From a virus (Duplodnaviria; Caudoviricetes): a DNA stretch of 35,665 nt. Positions 1-7,316 of the stretch are shown here, piece by piece. Under the pieces are notes generated by a model. It was not told the origin of the DNA. It made no database searches and was given only the letters and a program-made list of their open reading frames with translations. The stretch is taken from IMG/VR virus record IMGVR_UViG_3300040971_000377, positions 1-35,665 of that record; one strand, given 5' to 3'. The position numbers and the translations under genes were made by a program. How positions within the stretch are numbered: position 1 is the stretch's first letter; each line of letters starts with the position of its first letter.

Positions 1-864
1 ATTGGAACTTCTCATTTTGCTTCGTGTTGCAAGACTGCTCGAGCATTTTTCAAATGGGCTCGTGCTGAATACCCTCGCATGTATAAGGATATTGATTTGA
101 ACTGGATCGCTTCAATTAAACCTCCTAAAGCGCGTAGTGAACAATCTGAAGTAAAGATCAGGGAATATTACGAGGTGGATGAAGTGATCAAGATGGCAAC
201 ATGCGAAGTGGGTACGATTATGCTCAAGCGGATGCAGGCAGCCGTTGCCTTTCTCTTTCTCTCTGGGATGAGGATCGGAGCATTTGTATCTTTGCCAATC
301 AAATGTGTGCGTTTAGATTCAATGGAAGTCTCTCAACTGCCAGCCATGGGAGTGAACACGAAAAATCACAAAGCAGCAGTAACAACGTTACTGAACATTC
401 CGGAGCTGGTGGAGGTGGTCAAGAATTGGGACGCATTTTTGCGAGGGCGGGTGCCTGATCATATTTTATGGTATGTGCCATTAACTCATGATCTACAGCC
501 GGCCGATGTCAATCCGACCAAGGAGCGGATTAAGACCAGGCAGGATAATTTCAGAGATGATCTGAAACAGCTCTGTGAGATTGCCGGCGTGAAGTATAAA
601 TCCGCTCATAAATTCAGACATGGCCACACAGTTTGGGCACTTAAACGAGCCAAAGATATGGGGGAGGTAAAAGCCATTTCACAGAATGTGATGCATGCTA
701 ATCTGGGAGTTACTGATGGGATTTATGGAGTTATGACGAGTGATGATGTGCATCAAACCATTGCAGGGTTATCCAATGTTAAAGTGGAGAGCTCTGCTGA
801 TAAAGACCTTCTCAATCAGGTTATCGCACTGCTGCAATCACAGGTAAAGCCAATAGCTGGGTAA
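1..864 (+). CDS. int: Tyrosine recombinase/phage integrase, 5'-truncated by the window edge
   Basis: The frame is open from base 1. Catalytic motifs: SGMRIG (R), TKN (K), HKFRH (HxxR), MH and GIYG (Y). Confidence 0.9.
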   Translation: MGTSHFASCCKTARAFFKWARAEYPRMYKDIDLNWIASIKPPKARSEQSEVKIREYYEVDEVIKMATCEVGTIMLKRMQAAVAFLFLSGMRIGAFVSLPIKCVRLDSMEVSQLPAMGVNTKNHKAAVTTLLNIPELVEVVKNWDAFLRGRVPDHILWYVPLTHDLQPADVNPTKERIKTRQDNFRDDLKQLCEIAGVKYKSAHKFRHGHTVWALKRAKDMGEVKAISQNVMHANLGVTDGIYGVMTSDDVHQTIAGLSNVKVESSADKDLLNQVIALLQSQVKPIAG

Positions 865-884
865 AATGTTTACGCATAAACATT
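865..884. promoter_or_regulatory. Variant parS-like palindrome AATGTTTACGCATAAACATT
   Basis: 17/20 match to the repeated palindrome. Two of the three changes are symmetric and keep the dyad. Confidence 0.55.
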
Positions 885-888
885 TCTA

Positions 889-973
889 ATGTTGCCCGGT
901 AGGACTACGAAGAGTCCGCACCGGGCAACATGTTCATTTATCCTAGTGATTAGGGAGTATCCTTGAACCAAGG
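889..973 (-). repeat. Two-hairpin element, copy A
   Basis: ATGTTGCCCGGT..GGACT..AGTCC..ACCGGGCAACAT hairpin plus GTGATTAGGGAG (946-957). Homologous to 2216-2299. Confidence 0.75.
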
Positions 974-993
974 TCTTTTTAATTAGAGAAAGG

Positions 994-1614
994 TTATATT
1001 TCTTGTGCATCTGTACATAAAATTTTTCTTGTGTTTCTGAAAGTACCATCTATAAAGTGAATTTTCAGTTTTACATAAATTAAACTATCTTCCTCATATT
1101 TATATTCTTTTGGCTCTTTGCCAACAACAGAATACTCTCTATTTGGAAAACTTGCTCTTATCGAAAACTCAAGAGGTTTAATTGTATTTGGCTCAATTGT
1201 TAATGGTTTTCCATCTGACAGATTATTATTTACTATAAAAACGATATCATTAAACATTTCCTCATTAGTAGAGAAAGTAGCTACTGAGTTTATATTTATT
1301 TGTTGGTTTCCTTTGAAAAAGTCATAGTCTATATTTTTTATTACGGCTATTGTTCCACCTAAATTTGTAAATTCCAATTTCACAGGACAATATACTTCAA
1401 AATAGTCCTTAGTTGGATCATTTCCAATAATTAAATAATCAGATCGATAAAAGCTACTAATCAAAATGTGAGGTCTTGAAAAAATAAATGCTGTGGCACT
1501 TAGACATATCGCAACGACACTAAAAACTAAGGATACAATGTCAATCCAGAGGCCTGCATTTTCTTTTCGATCTTTTTTTTCATTTTTATGTAAATTATCT
1601 GTGTTATCAGCCAT
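994..1614 (-). CDS. Hypothetical membrane-anchored protein (one N-terminal TM helix)
   Basis: AT-rich ORF. Likely start MADNTD at 1614 after AGGAAGAG; hydrophobic stretch WIDIVSLVFSVVAICLSATAFIF. Confidence 0.75.
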   Translation of the reverse strand: MADNTDNLHKNEKKDRKENAGLWIDIVSLVFSVVAICLSATAFIFSRPHILISSFYRSDYLIIGNDPTKDYFEVYCPVKLEFTNLGGTIAVIKNIDYDFFKGNQQININSVATFSTNEEMFNDIVFIVNNNLSDGKPLTIEPNTIKPLEFSIRASFPNREYSVVGKEPKEYKYEEDSLIYVKLKIHFIDGTFRNTRKILCTDAQEI

Positions 1615-1627
1615 TTTGTATCTCTTC

Positions 1628-1747
1628 CTAATTCTTGGCTTTACATTAGCCATTGGACATGGCCTTAGCCTTAGTATGTAACTATCATTCACCCTTGATT
1701 GGAGAGATCCTCGTTTGACCTTAAGACCCTCTGCCTGGCACGTAAAA
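1628..1747 (-). pseudogene. Decayed duplicate of the thermonuclease C-terminal domain
   Basis: 1628-1741 aligns ungapped to 2534-2647 (79/114 nt by hand count). Reads FYVPGRGS*GQTRISPIKGE**LHTKAKAMSNG*CKAKN versus YHVPGGGSYNVTKITPSKGERWFCTEAEAVANGWRKALN. Confidence 0.85.
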
Positions 1748-1782
1748 ATCCTATGTCTGAAAATGTTTTCAGGTAATCATTT

Positions 1783-2190
1783 TTACCTATTTTGATATGC
1801 CCATTCAATCCACCCGGCGAATTTTTCGGGGTCCCATACTCCTACGTGGCTGGGATTGGTCGGTATACCAGCTGGTACTATTCCGTTGGTATCCTTTAGT
1901 CTTATCCCTAGAATTCCCATTTTTTGATTAAGACTTTCTTGGATTTCCCATTGAACCCAACCACTTTTATATGTGTAATTTCCTATTAAAACAACCGTAA
2001 CAGATGCAGGTTTAATATATTCATCGCGTATGACTTGTTTAATGTAATATTCATTGGATGAATTAATTCTTTCATCGAGTTTGTGATTATAAAATTCGAA
2101 ACCATCAATAATATTCCTCAACCCAAGAAAGCCGTTTACTTTCAGCGTATCATCATGGTCATAACTAATAAAAATTCTGCGTTTTGTCAT
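1783..2190 (-). CDS. TIR-domain protein, ThsB/DUF1863 (MTH538)-like
   Basis: RIFISYDHDD, SVTVVLIG, WVQWEI (catalytic Glu), GILGIRL. Confidence 0.88.
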   Translation of the reverse strand: MTKRRIFISYDHDDTLKVNGFLGLRNIIDGFEFYNHKLDERINSSNEYYIKQVIRDEYIKPASVTVVLIGNYTYKSGWVQWEIQESLNQKMGILGIRLKDTNGIVPAGIPTNPSHVGVWDPEKFAGWIEWAYQNR

Positions 2191-2215
2191 AATAAATAGT
2201 CCTTTCAGATCGATT

Positions 2216-2299
2216 GCTGCCCGGTGTGGACTCGTCTTAGTCCGACCGGGCAGCTTGGATATTTAGCCTGGTGATTAGGGAGAATCAATGATCCAGGCT
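2216..2299 (-). repeat. Two-hairpin element, copy B
   Basis: GCTGCCCGGT..GGACT..AGTCC..ACCGGGCAGC, then AGCCTGG/CCAGGCT stem containing GTGATTAGGGAG (2271-2282). Confidence 0.75.
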
Positions 2300-2307
2300 G
2301 GCCATTG

Positions 2308-2520
2308 TTAACCTACTTTTTGATAGCGATATACATTCTTAATGCTGTTTGCAAAATATGTTCCTTTTGAAGTCGCGTTCATCAAGGCAGAGAATACGGA
2401 ATAGGGAACGGCAAAATATTGATAGATGCCTCCTCCAATGAATGCTATTTCTAGTGTTTTTGAATTGGTGTCATAACCAACAGACTCTAAATTGCTCGAA
2501 ATTACATGTGTTCTGACCAT
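2308..2520 (-). CDS. KTSC domain protein
   Basis: SSNLESVGYD..LEIAF..GGIYQY..VP..F..LM.A.SKGTYF...IK signature; RBS AAAGGAG. Confidence 0.92.
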   Translation of the reverse strand: MVRTHVISSNLESVGYDTNSKTLEIAFIGGGIYQYFAVPYSVFSALMNATSKGTYFANSIKNVYRYQKVG

Positions 2521-2533
2521 TTGATCTCCTTTC

Positions 2534-3742
2534 TCAATTTAATGCTTTTCGCCAGCCATTGGCCACAGCCTCGGCCTCAGTGCAGAACCATCGTTCACCT
2601 TTGCTTGGAGTGATCTTAGTCACGTTATAAGACCCTCCGCCTGGCACATGGTAAATCTTTACACCCTCGGAATTTATATTACCTTTGATCAAACACCCTG
2701 ATGGTGGTTCAGTGCATCCATTGGGGCACGATGACGCGGATGAGTTACCACCTTCAGATCCACTCACAACACCGGATTTGTTCGTGTTCAGGGTCGGAGT
2801 TGGTGGTACATATGGCTTGGCTGTTTTAGTTGGCATCCACAACCCAACCATATTGGCTTTTGCCGTTTGGTATGTCTTTTCAAATTGAGAATCGCAAGCA
2901 GTATCTGGAAGCCATGAACCGGATGAAGCATAGCCGGCGCGGACCATTTCGTTGTTGACGAAAACATCACCCACGAACACATAACGGAGAAGTCGGTCGT
3001 AACGATCAACTTCTGAAGTGTCTTTTACCAAAGTAACTTTTTTTTCATAAACCAGACTGCGGTTTAATTCGGTGGCTTCTGCATAACCTGCGGACCCGGT
3101 TTCAGGGGAATCCACACCAATGTATCTCAATGGGAATTCCTGGCCATCTATTTCAACGACAATTGTGTCACCATCCGTAATTCCTACTACTTTTGCAGTT
3201 TGCCGCTCGCTCGAAGCAGGTACGCAAGAAGCACCTACGGCTGCCGGCAGGGTTATGGTTGGGTCCATTACAACTGGTATAACCGCAGTATTTGTTTTTG
3301 TTGGCGCTTCGGTGGGGATGACTGGTGTGGATGTGATGGGGGCAATGGTATTCGTAGGGGTGGTTGTTTGTGATGGCAATGCCGCTTGTTGTGAGCCAGC
3401 CTGACCAAGTGCGTTTGTCACCCAGCATCCACCAATAAATATCACCAGCAGGCTCGCAACTACCCCGGCTTTTACCTTCTTAAGTCCCCAATAATGACCG
3501 CGGTCACTGAGCCTATTTTCGATAAAAACCGAGAGTTTGTGGATAAGGATCAATGCCGTTTGGAACAGCCATTTACCTGCTTTCCAGAGACCGATAAACA
3601 ACCATTTATAAAGCCAAATGACCCAGCCGATGGTTGCCCAATAAAGAGCGCGACCGCAGCCTTTACCAGACCCAGAGCCAGATGAAATAACAACGCCGGA
3701 GTTCTTTCCGGTGCGAACCCGATAATATCCCCGTACTGGCAT
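2534..3742 (-). CDS. Membrane-anchored thermonuclease (SNase) with T/P-rich linker and C-terminal Cys/His domain
   Basis: DGDTI, LRYIGVDSPE and DRYDRLLRYV SNase motifs; C-terminal CLIKGNI..IYHVPG..GERWFC..GWR. Confidence 0.9.
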   Translation of the reverse strand: MPVRGYYRVRTGKNSGVVISSGSGSGKGCGRALYWATIGWVIWLYKWLFIGLWKAGKWLFQTALILIHKLSVFIENRLSDRGHYWGLKKVKAGVVASLLVIFIGGCWVTNALGQAGSQQAALPSQTTTPTNTIAPITSTPVIPTEAPTKTNTAVIPVVMDPTITLPAAVGASCVPASSERQTAKVVGITDGDTIVVEIDGQEFPLRYIGVDSPETGSAGYAEATELNRSLVYEKKVTLVKDTSEVDRYDRLLRYVFVGDVFVNNEMVRAGYASSGSWLPDTACDSQFEKTYQTAKANMVGLWMPTKTAKPYVPPTPTLNTNKSGVVSGSEGGNSSASSCPNGCTEPPSGCLIKGNINSEGVKIYHVPGGGSYNVTKITPSKGERWFCTEAEAVANGWRKALN

Positions 3743-3824
3743 GCATTAACCCCTTATGTTTTTGATAAGTACAATTTTACATTAAATTTTTTTTAAAAAT
3801 CGATTTCTACGGTAGATTCTATCT

Positions 3825-3923
3825 TTACGGTCTATTAGTCTTGTTAGTTTCTTGGTTTGGTGGTGGTGGTGGAGGAGTTGTTGTAGTTTTTTGTTGTTCC
3901 TCAGCAATTAAGTAAATTTTCAT
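3825..3923 (-). CDS. 32-aa hexaproline peptide MKIYLIAEEQQKTTTTPPPPPPNQETNKTNRP
   Basis: Translated by hand; RBS AGGAG upstream; similar in layout to the adjacent peptide. Confidence 0.6.
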   Translation of the reverse strand: MKIYLIAEEQQKTTTTPPPPPPNQETNKTNRP

Positions 3924-3935
3924 ACTTTCTCCTGA

Positions 3936-4052
3936 TTAACCAAAAGATTTCGTCTCAGTGCTCGGCGGTGGTGGAGGAGGTGTTGATTTCGGTGAAGAAC
4001 CTGATGATGAAGTGTTTTCTTCAGAGCGAAATATTAAAATAGCCAAATTCAT
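3936..4052 (-). CDS. 38-aa hexaproline peptide MNLAILIFRSEENTSSSGSSPKSTPPPPPPSTETKSFG
   Basis: Translated by hand; RBS AAAGGA upstream; Pro run uses mixed codons. Confidence 0.6.
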   Translation of the reverse strand: MNLAILIFRSEENTSSSGSSPKSTPPPPPPSTETKSFG

Positions 4053-4108
4053 GTCATCATCCTTTCAAATATTTGCTATACTGGTCGGTATAGAACAAGG
4101 AGCTTAAA

Positions 4109-4603
4109 ATGAGTAAAGAGACTGATGAAAACTTTTCTTACCGTGCCTCGCTAGAAGATATAAAGGCAAATTATTTAAGACAATCTGATCGGATGATGAT
4201 GAGCAGAGATATTGCTAAAACTATTTTAACCTCTGCAACAGTGATTGTGTCTGTCCTTGGTGCTTTTACAGCCTATCGTAATGAAACTGTATCTTTTTCA
4301 CCTTTTCAATTAATCTTCATCATTACTGCTGCGTTGCTTTTTACTGTTCTTGTCCTAATTTGCGTATATCTTTTGTTGCCAGCACCATTTATGGGACCGA
4401 TAAAGGCAGATCAAGAAACGTACGAAACACAAGTCTTCGGTAAAAACGAACAAGATACTTTATTAATCCTTTTTTCAGCATACCTAAATGTTGTCAACCT
4501 AAACGCTAGAACAATCGAAACAAGAAACACATGGACAAAAATTGCCGGGGTGTTGCTGGTTTTATTAGTTGGTTGTTTGATGCTTTTTATTATTCTAAAA
4601 TAA
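4109..4603 (+). CDS. Three-TM membrane protein, architecture reminiscent of Pycsar-type TM effectors
   Basis: RBS AAGGAG. Amphipathic N-terminal helix, two TMs, a P-x-P-F loop, a helix and a C-terminal TM. The family call is tentative. Confidence 0.6.
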   Translation: MSKETDENFSYRASLEDIKANYLRQSDRMMMSRDIAKTILTSATVIVSVLGAFTAYRNETVSFSPFQLIFIITAALLFTVLVLICVYLLLPAPFMGPIKADQETYETQVFGKNEQDTLLILFSAYLNVVNLNARTIETRNTWTKIAGVLLVLLVGCLMLFIILK

Positions 4604-4607
4604 ATTA

Positions 4608-4627
4608 AATGTTTGCGCGCAAACATT
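4608..4627. promoter_or_regulatory. Perfect 20-bp palindrome AATGTTTGCGCGCAAACATT (parS-like)
   Basis: Exact dyad; recurs at 14191, 15794 and 34230. Confidence 0.75.
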
Positions 4628-4649
4628 AATATGACCAAATTAGTGTTAT

Positions 4650-5237
4650 TTATCTAATATTATCAAGACCACGCTTAAATACTTTGGCAAGATCTTCAGG
4701 ATATTCACCATTTATCTGGATTAGTATGTTGTCTTTAACATAAACCCAAGAGAAGAATAGCGATGATTGTTGACCTAAACCAACATAATACGACCTCATT
4801 GCTGACAGCCCACCTGGTGTAGAAAATGAGAATAATCTACCCCCACAATCAGTACAGAGTGAAGGAACCAAGAAGTGGATGCCTTCTTTGAATGTATTTG
4901 GAGCGACGCCAAGATCACCCGGATTTATTTTCGAAGGGCTCACATATTCAGCGCCGGCGGCATAGAGTGCACTTTCAGCTTGTTTGATGGTCCATTTTTC
5001 AAAAACCGGGGTAGCTGTGACTTCAGGAGTAGCAGTTGGTGTGATCGTAGGTGTGAATGTTGGAAGCGGCGTGAAAGTTGGATAGGGTGTGTAAGTAGGA
5101 TATGGGGTTAAGGTTGGTAGGGCTGTAAGGGTTTGAGCGACCGGCGTTTGAATGGCCGAGGGGGAAGGTTGGCACGCTGACACCAGCGCAGCAATAATGA
5201 GCAATATACAGATGCTAATATACCTGAATTTTTTCAA
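4650..5237 (-). CDS. Lipoprotein with T/P-rich (TPYPT/TPLPT) repeats
   Basis: Signal peptide with lipobox LVSA-C; TTG start after GGAGG. Confidence 0.85.
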   Translation of the reverse strand: MKKFRYISICILLIIAALVSACQPSPSAIQTPVAQTLTALPTLTPYPTYTPYPTFTPLPTFTPTITPTATPEVTATPVFEKWTIKQAESALYAAGAEYVSPSKINPGDLGVAPNTFKEGIHFLVPSLCTDCGGRLFSFSTPGGLSAMRSYYVGLGQQSSLFFSWVYVKDNILIQINGEYPEDLAKVFKRGLDNIR

Positions 5238-5308
5238 CGAACCCTCCTGGCATCAATTATTCAATTGTTCACAAAAGTATACAGTTTTGAAAATCTGGCA
5301 TTTCCCAC

Positions 5309-5337
5309 TTGTAATAATAGAACAAATTACCTATAAT
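5309..5337 (+). promoter_or_regulatory. Sigma70-like promoter pointing antisense into the repressor gene
   Basis: TTGTAA-N17-TATAAT. Overlaps operator-like TTGTAATAATAGAA and SOS-box-like TAGAACAAATTACCTA. Confidence 0.5.
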
Positions 5338-5389
5338 AGACGTGCCGATCCACCACCTGAAACGGGGCCATAATGAACTTAGAAAATTT

Positions 5390-5812
5390 CTATTCTTTCT
5401 TAATCTCCCAAAAACCATCAATCTCTTGGTATTTAGATGAAAAATTCGACAATATGCTATTGATTTTTTCTAAATCTTCGGGTGATGCATTTTCAGTTCC
5501 ATTATTCTCTTTGATGGATTTAATAGCGGATGACAATTCTTTCAAATCTCTAATCATCTCTTTCAAAGCCGTTGGCTCTGGGCTAGAAATACCCAAAACA
5601 TCATAGACTTCATTGCCATATTTTGCGATGAGTAAGTTGTATGTCCCTACATCAGGGGTTCTTTTAAGTTTTCCGTTATACCAGTTTGATAGAACTTGTT
5701 GGGAAATGCCAAGGTAGTCTGCAAAATCGGCTAAAGATTCCCTGCCAATACCTCTCCATTCGGCAAATTTAATCCTAATAAAATCTCTGAATGCAATTGG
5801 ATCGAATTCCAT
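5390..5812 (-). CDS. XRE-family HTH repressor (CI-like, no peptidase domain), probably leaderless
   Basis: SLADFADYLGISQQVLSNWYNG HTH. TG-T-TACAAT extended -10 lies 6 nt before the ATG at 5812. Confidence 0.85.
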   Translation of the reverse strand: MEFDPIAFRDFIRIKFAEWRGIGRESLADFADYLGISQQVLSNWYNGKLKRTPDVGTYNLLIAKYGNEVYDVLGISSPEPTALKEMIRDLKELSSAIKSIKENNGTENASPEDLEKINSILSNFSSKYQEIDGFWEIKKE

Positions 5813-5814
5813 AA

Positions 5815-5926
5815 TTGTATTGTAACAAATATGATTATTCATAAAAATACCTATTGACTTTCTCAAAATTAAGTTGTATTATTACAAATGTAATTGATAA
5901 ACAAACAAAGATTTGTAATAATGATC
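5815..5926. promoter_or_regulatory. Lysis/lysogeny switch: divergent promoters and operators
   Basis: Rightward TTGACT(5854)-N17-TATTAT(5877). Imperfect dyads TTGTATTGTAACAA (5815), TTGTATTATTACAA (5874) and partial TTGTAATAAT (5913). Confidence 0.7.
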
Positions 5927-5944
5927 TTAGGAAAAGGGTTTTCA

Positions 5945-6139
5945 ATGATGGATTCGCAAGATCGTTCAATTTGTGTCACTTTTTCACTAAAGTTAAGTGC
6001 TTTAAGCAAACTTGAACGGCTTATTATTGCCTCCGGCAAGAATCGCTCTGAGCTTTTGGCCTCCTGGATCGACAACTCTCTTGTTGGGGTTGACCTTGGA
6101 GCTGAGAAGCCGGCCGAGCTGGCCAAGGAGCCTACTTGA
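5945..6139 (+). CDS. Small ribbon-helix-helix DNA-binding protein in the Cro position
   Basis: VTFSL strand, a helix, then GKNRSELL; divergent from the repressor. Confidence 0.65.
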   Translation: MMDSQDRSICVTFSLKLSALSKLERLIIASGKNRSELLASWIDNSLVGVDLGAEKPAELAKEPT

Positions 6140-6359
6140 TCACGGGTCTCTGATATGTAAGTGGTTTGTTTTCATAGCAAGAGAATAGCACCAATAATCT
6201 GGTAAATCACATCCGGACGAATTCGGGTGTATTTAGGCTGCAAATAGGTCGAAAAAAGATAAATCCGGGTCGGAACCGGACAAACTAGAGCCCTTGCTCA
6301 TTCGGCGACAATAACGCCGATTTCGCAGGGCGCCCATAAAACGGGCGGGAGGAAAAAAG

Positions 6360-6635
6360 ATGGCAACTGAGCAACGGCCTTGGCCAAACAACGCAAGCTA
6401 TGTTCGTGATGATGGCGCAATTTTAGTAAGGGAGGTGATCATCCGCCTTGAAAAGATCACCAAAAACAAGGTGAATACAGAAGAAGAAATGGAATCAATT
6501 GCTGCAGAGGCTGTGAGTGACCTGAACATTTTTTTGCGTGCTTTAGAACGTGAGGGTGCGAAAACTAGCCCTGAAAACGAGTTGAAAAGCAGGATTGACC
6601 AATTTGGGCCAGTAATGGTTCTGGTCAACGCCTGA
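6360..6635 (+). CDS. Hypothetical early protein
   Basis: RBS GGAGG; 91-aa helical ORF. Confidence 0.7.
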   Translation: MATEQRPWPNNASYVRDDGAILVREVIIRLEKITKNKVNTEEEMESIAAEAVSDLNIFLRALEREGAKTSPENELKSRIDQFGPVMVLVNA

Positions 6636-6672
6636 TTTATCAAGATTCAAAACATCGACCCTTTGTGCGATC

Positions 6673-6735
6673 CCGGCTTCCCTAATGCCGGAGTAGCCCC
6701 CGGGTGGGAGGCAGTTCCTCCGCTAACCGCCCGGG
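6673..6735 (+). promoter_or_regulatory. Two-hairpin element, copy C (loop UUCCCUAAU)
   Basis: CCGGC-TTCCCTAAT-GCCGG followed by CCCGGGTGG..GAGG/CCTC..CCGCCCGGG. Confidence 0.5.
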
Positions 6736-6762
6736 TCCGAGGGAAGAAGAAAGGTGATAACG

Positions 6763-6867
6763 ATGAACATGATAGTGGCAAGGAAAACATTTTTCAGAGC
6801 GCTTTTTGATGGCGACTTCACCAATGCCGGCCGAATTTTGCGAATGGTTTTCGGATCTGCTTTATGA
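6763..6867 (+). CDS. 34-aa hypothetical peptide
   Basis: RBS AAAGGTGA; stop overlaps the next start (ATGA). Confidence 0.5.
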   Translation: MNMIVARKTFFRALFDGDFTNAGRILRMVFGSAL

Positions 6868-7079
6868 AAGTCTACCCGATCGCCCACAACGTGCGGAAAT
6901 GCAAGTGTGCAGACTGTAAGCATACCTTGTTGGCTGGCGAGGGCATTCAGCACCAATACCCGATGTTTCATGGCAATGGTCAATTCTTTTATGTATGCCC
7001 TCCTTGTGATGTGATCAGAGAGGCAACTGAAAAAAAGATCGTTGATGAATTTAAAGCGAGGTCAGATGGCAGCGAATAA
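6864..7079 (+). CDS. Small zinc-finger protein
   Basis: CADC and CPPC cysteine pairs. Confidence 0.7.
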   Translation: MKVYPIAHNVRKCKCADCKHTLLAGEGIQHQYPMFHGNGQFFYVCPPCDVIREATEKKIVDEFKARSDGSE

Positions 7080-7308
7080 TAACCTGATCCCCAAAAACAT
7101 TATGGATGAATTCAAGAGGCGGATGCAGGAAAGCCGCGGATATGACGCCAAACGGGCTGATGCAAGAAGGTTCGTTTACACCACCCTGACTGCCAGGTTT
7201 GGATCACCCTGGTGGGGCCTGAATAGAGAGAAATTATTAAGTGAGATGGAAATGGTTGAAGAGTCGTTTCGTAAGAATCCTGGAGATCAACCGGTCGTGA
7301 TGGGATAA
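7066..7308 (+). CDS. Hypothetical early protein
   Basis: RBS GAGG before MAANNN; overlaps the previous gene. Confidence 0.65.
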   Translation: MAANNNLIPKNIMDEFKRRMQESRGYDAKRADARRFVYTTLTARFGSPWWGLNREKLLSEMEMVEESFRKNPGDQPVVMG

Positions 7309-7316
7309 CCCATAAA

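Noticed and set aside
889-2299. Integron attC sites with IntI
   Set aside because: The ends do not follow RYYYAAC...GTTRRRY, and I see no IntI-specific insertion in the integrase. Only the cassette-like layout is retained as a finding.
5373-5606. 77-aa ORF as an antirepressor
   Set aside because: It is almost entirely antisense to the repressor, has no clear RBS and no recognisable domain.
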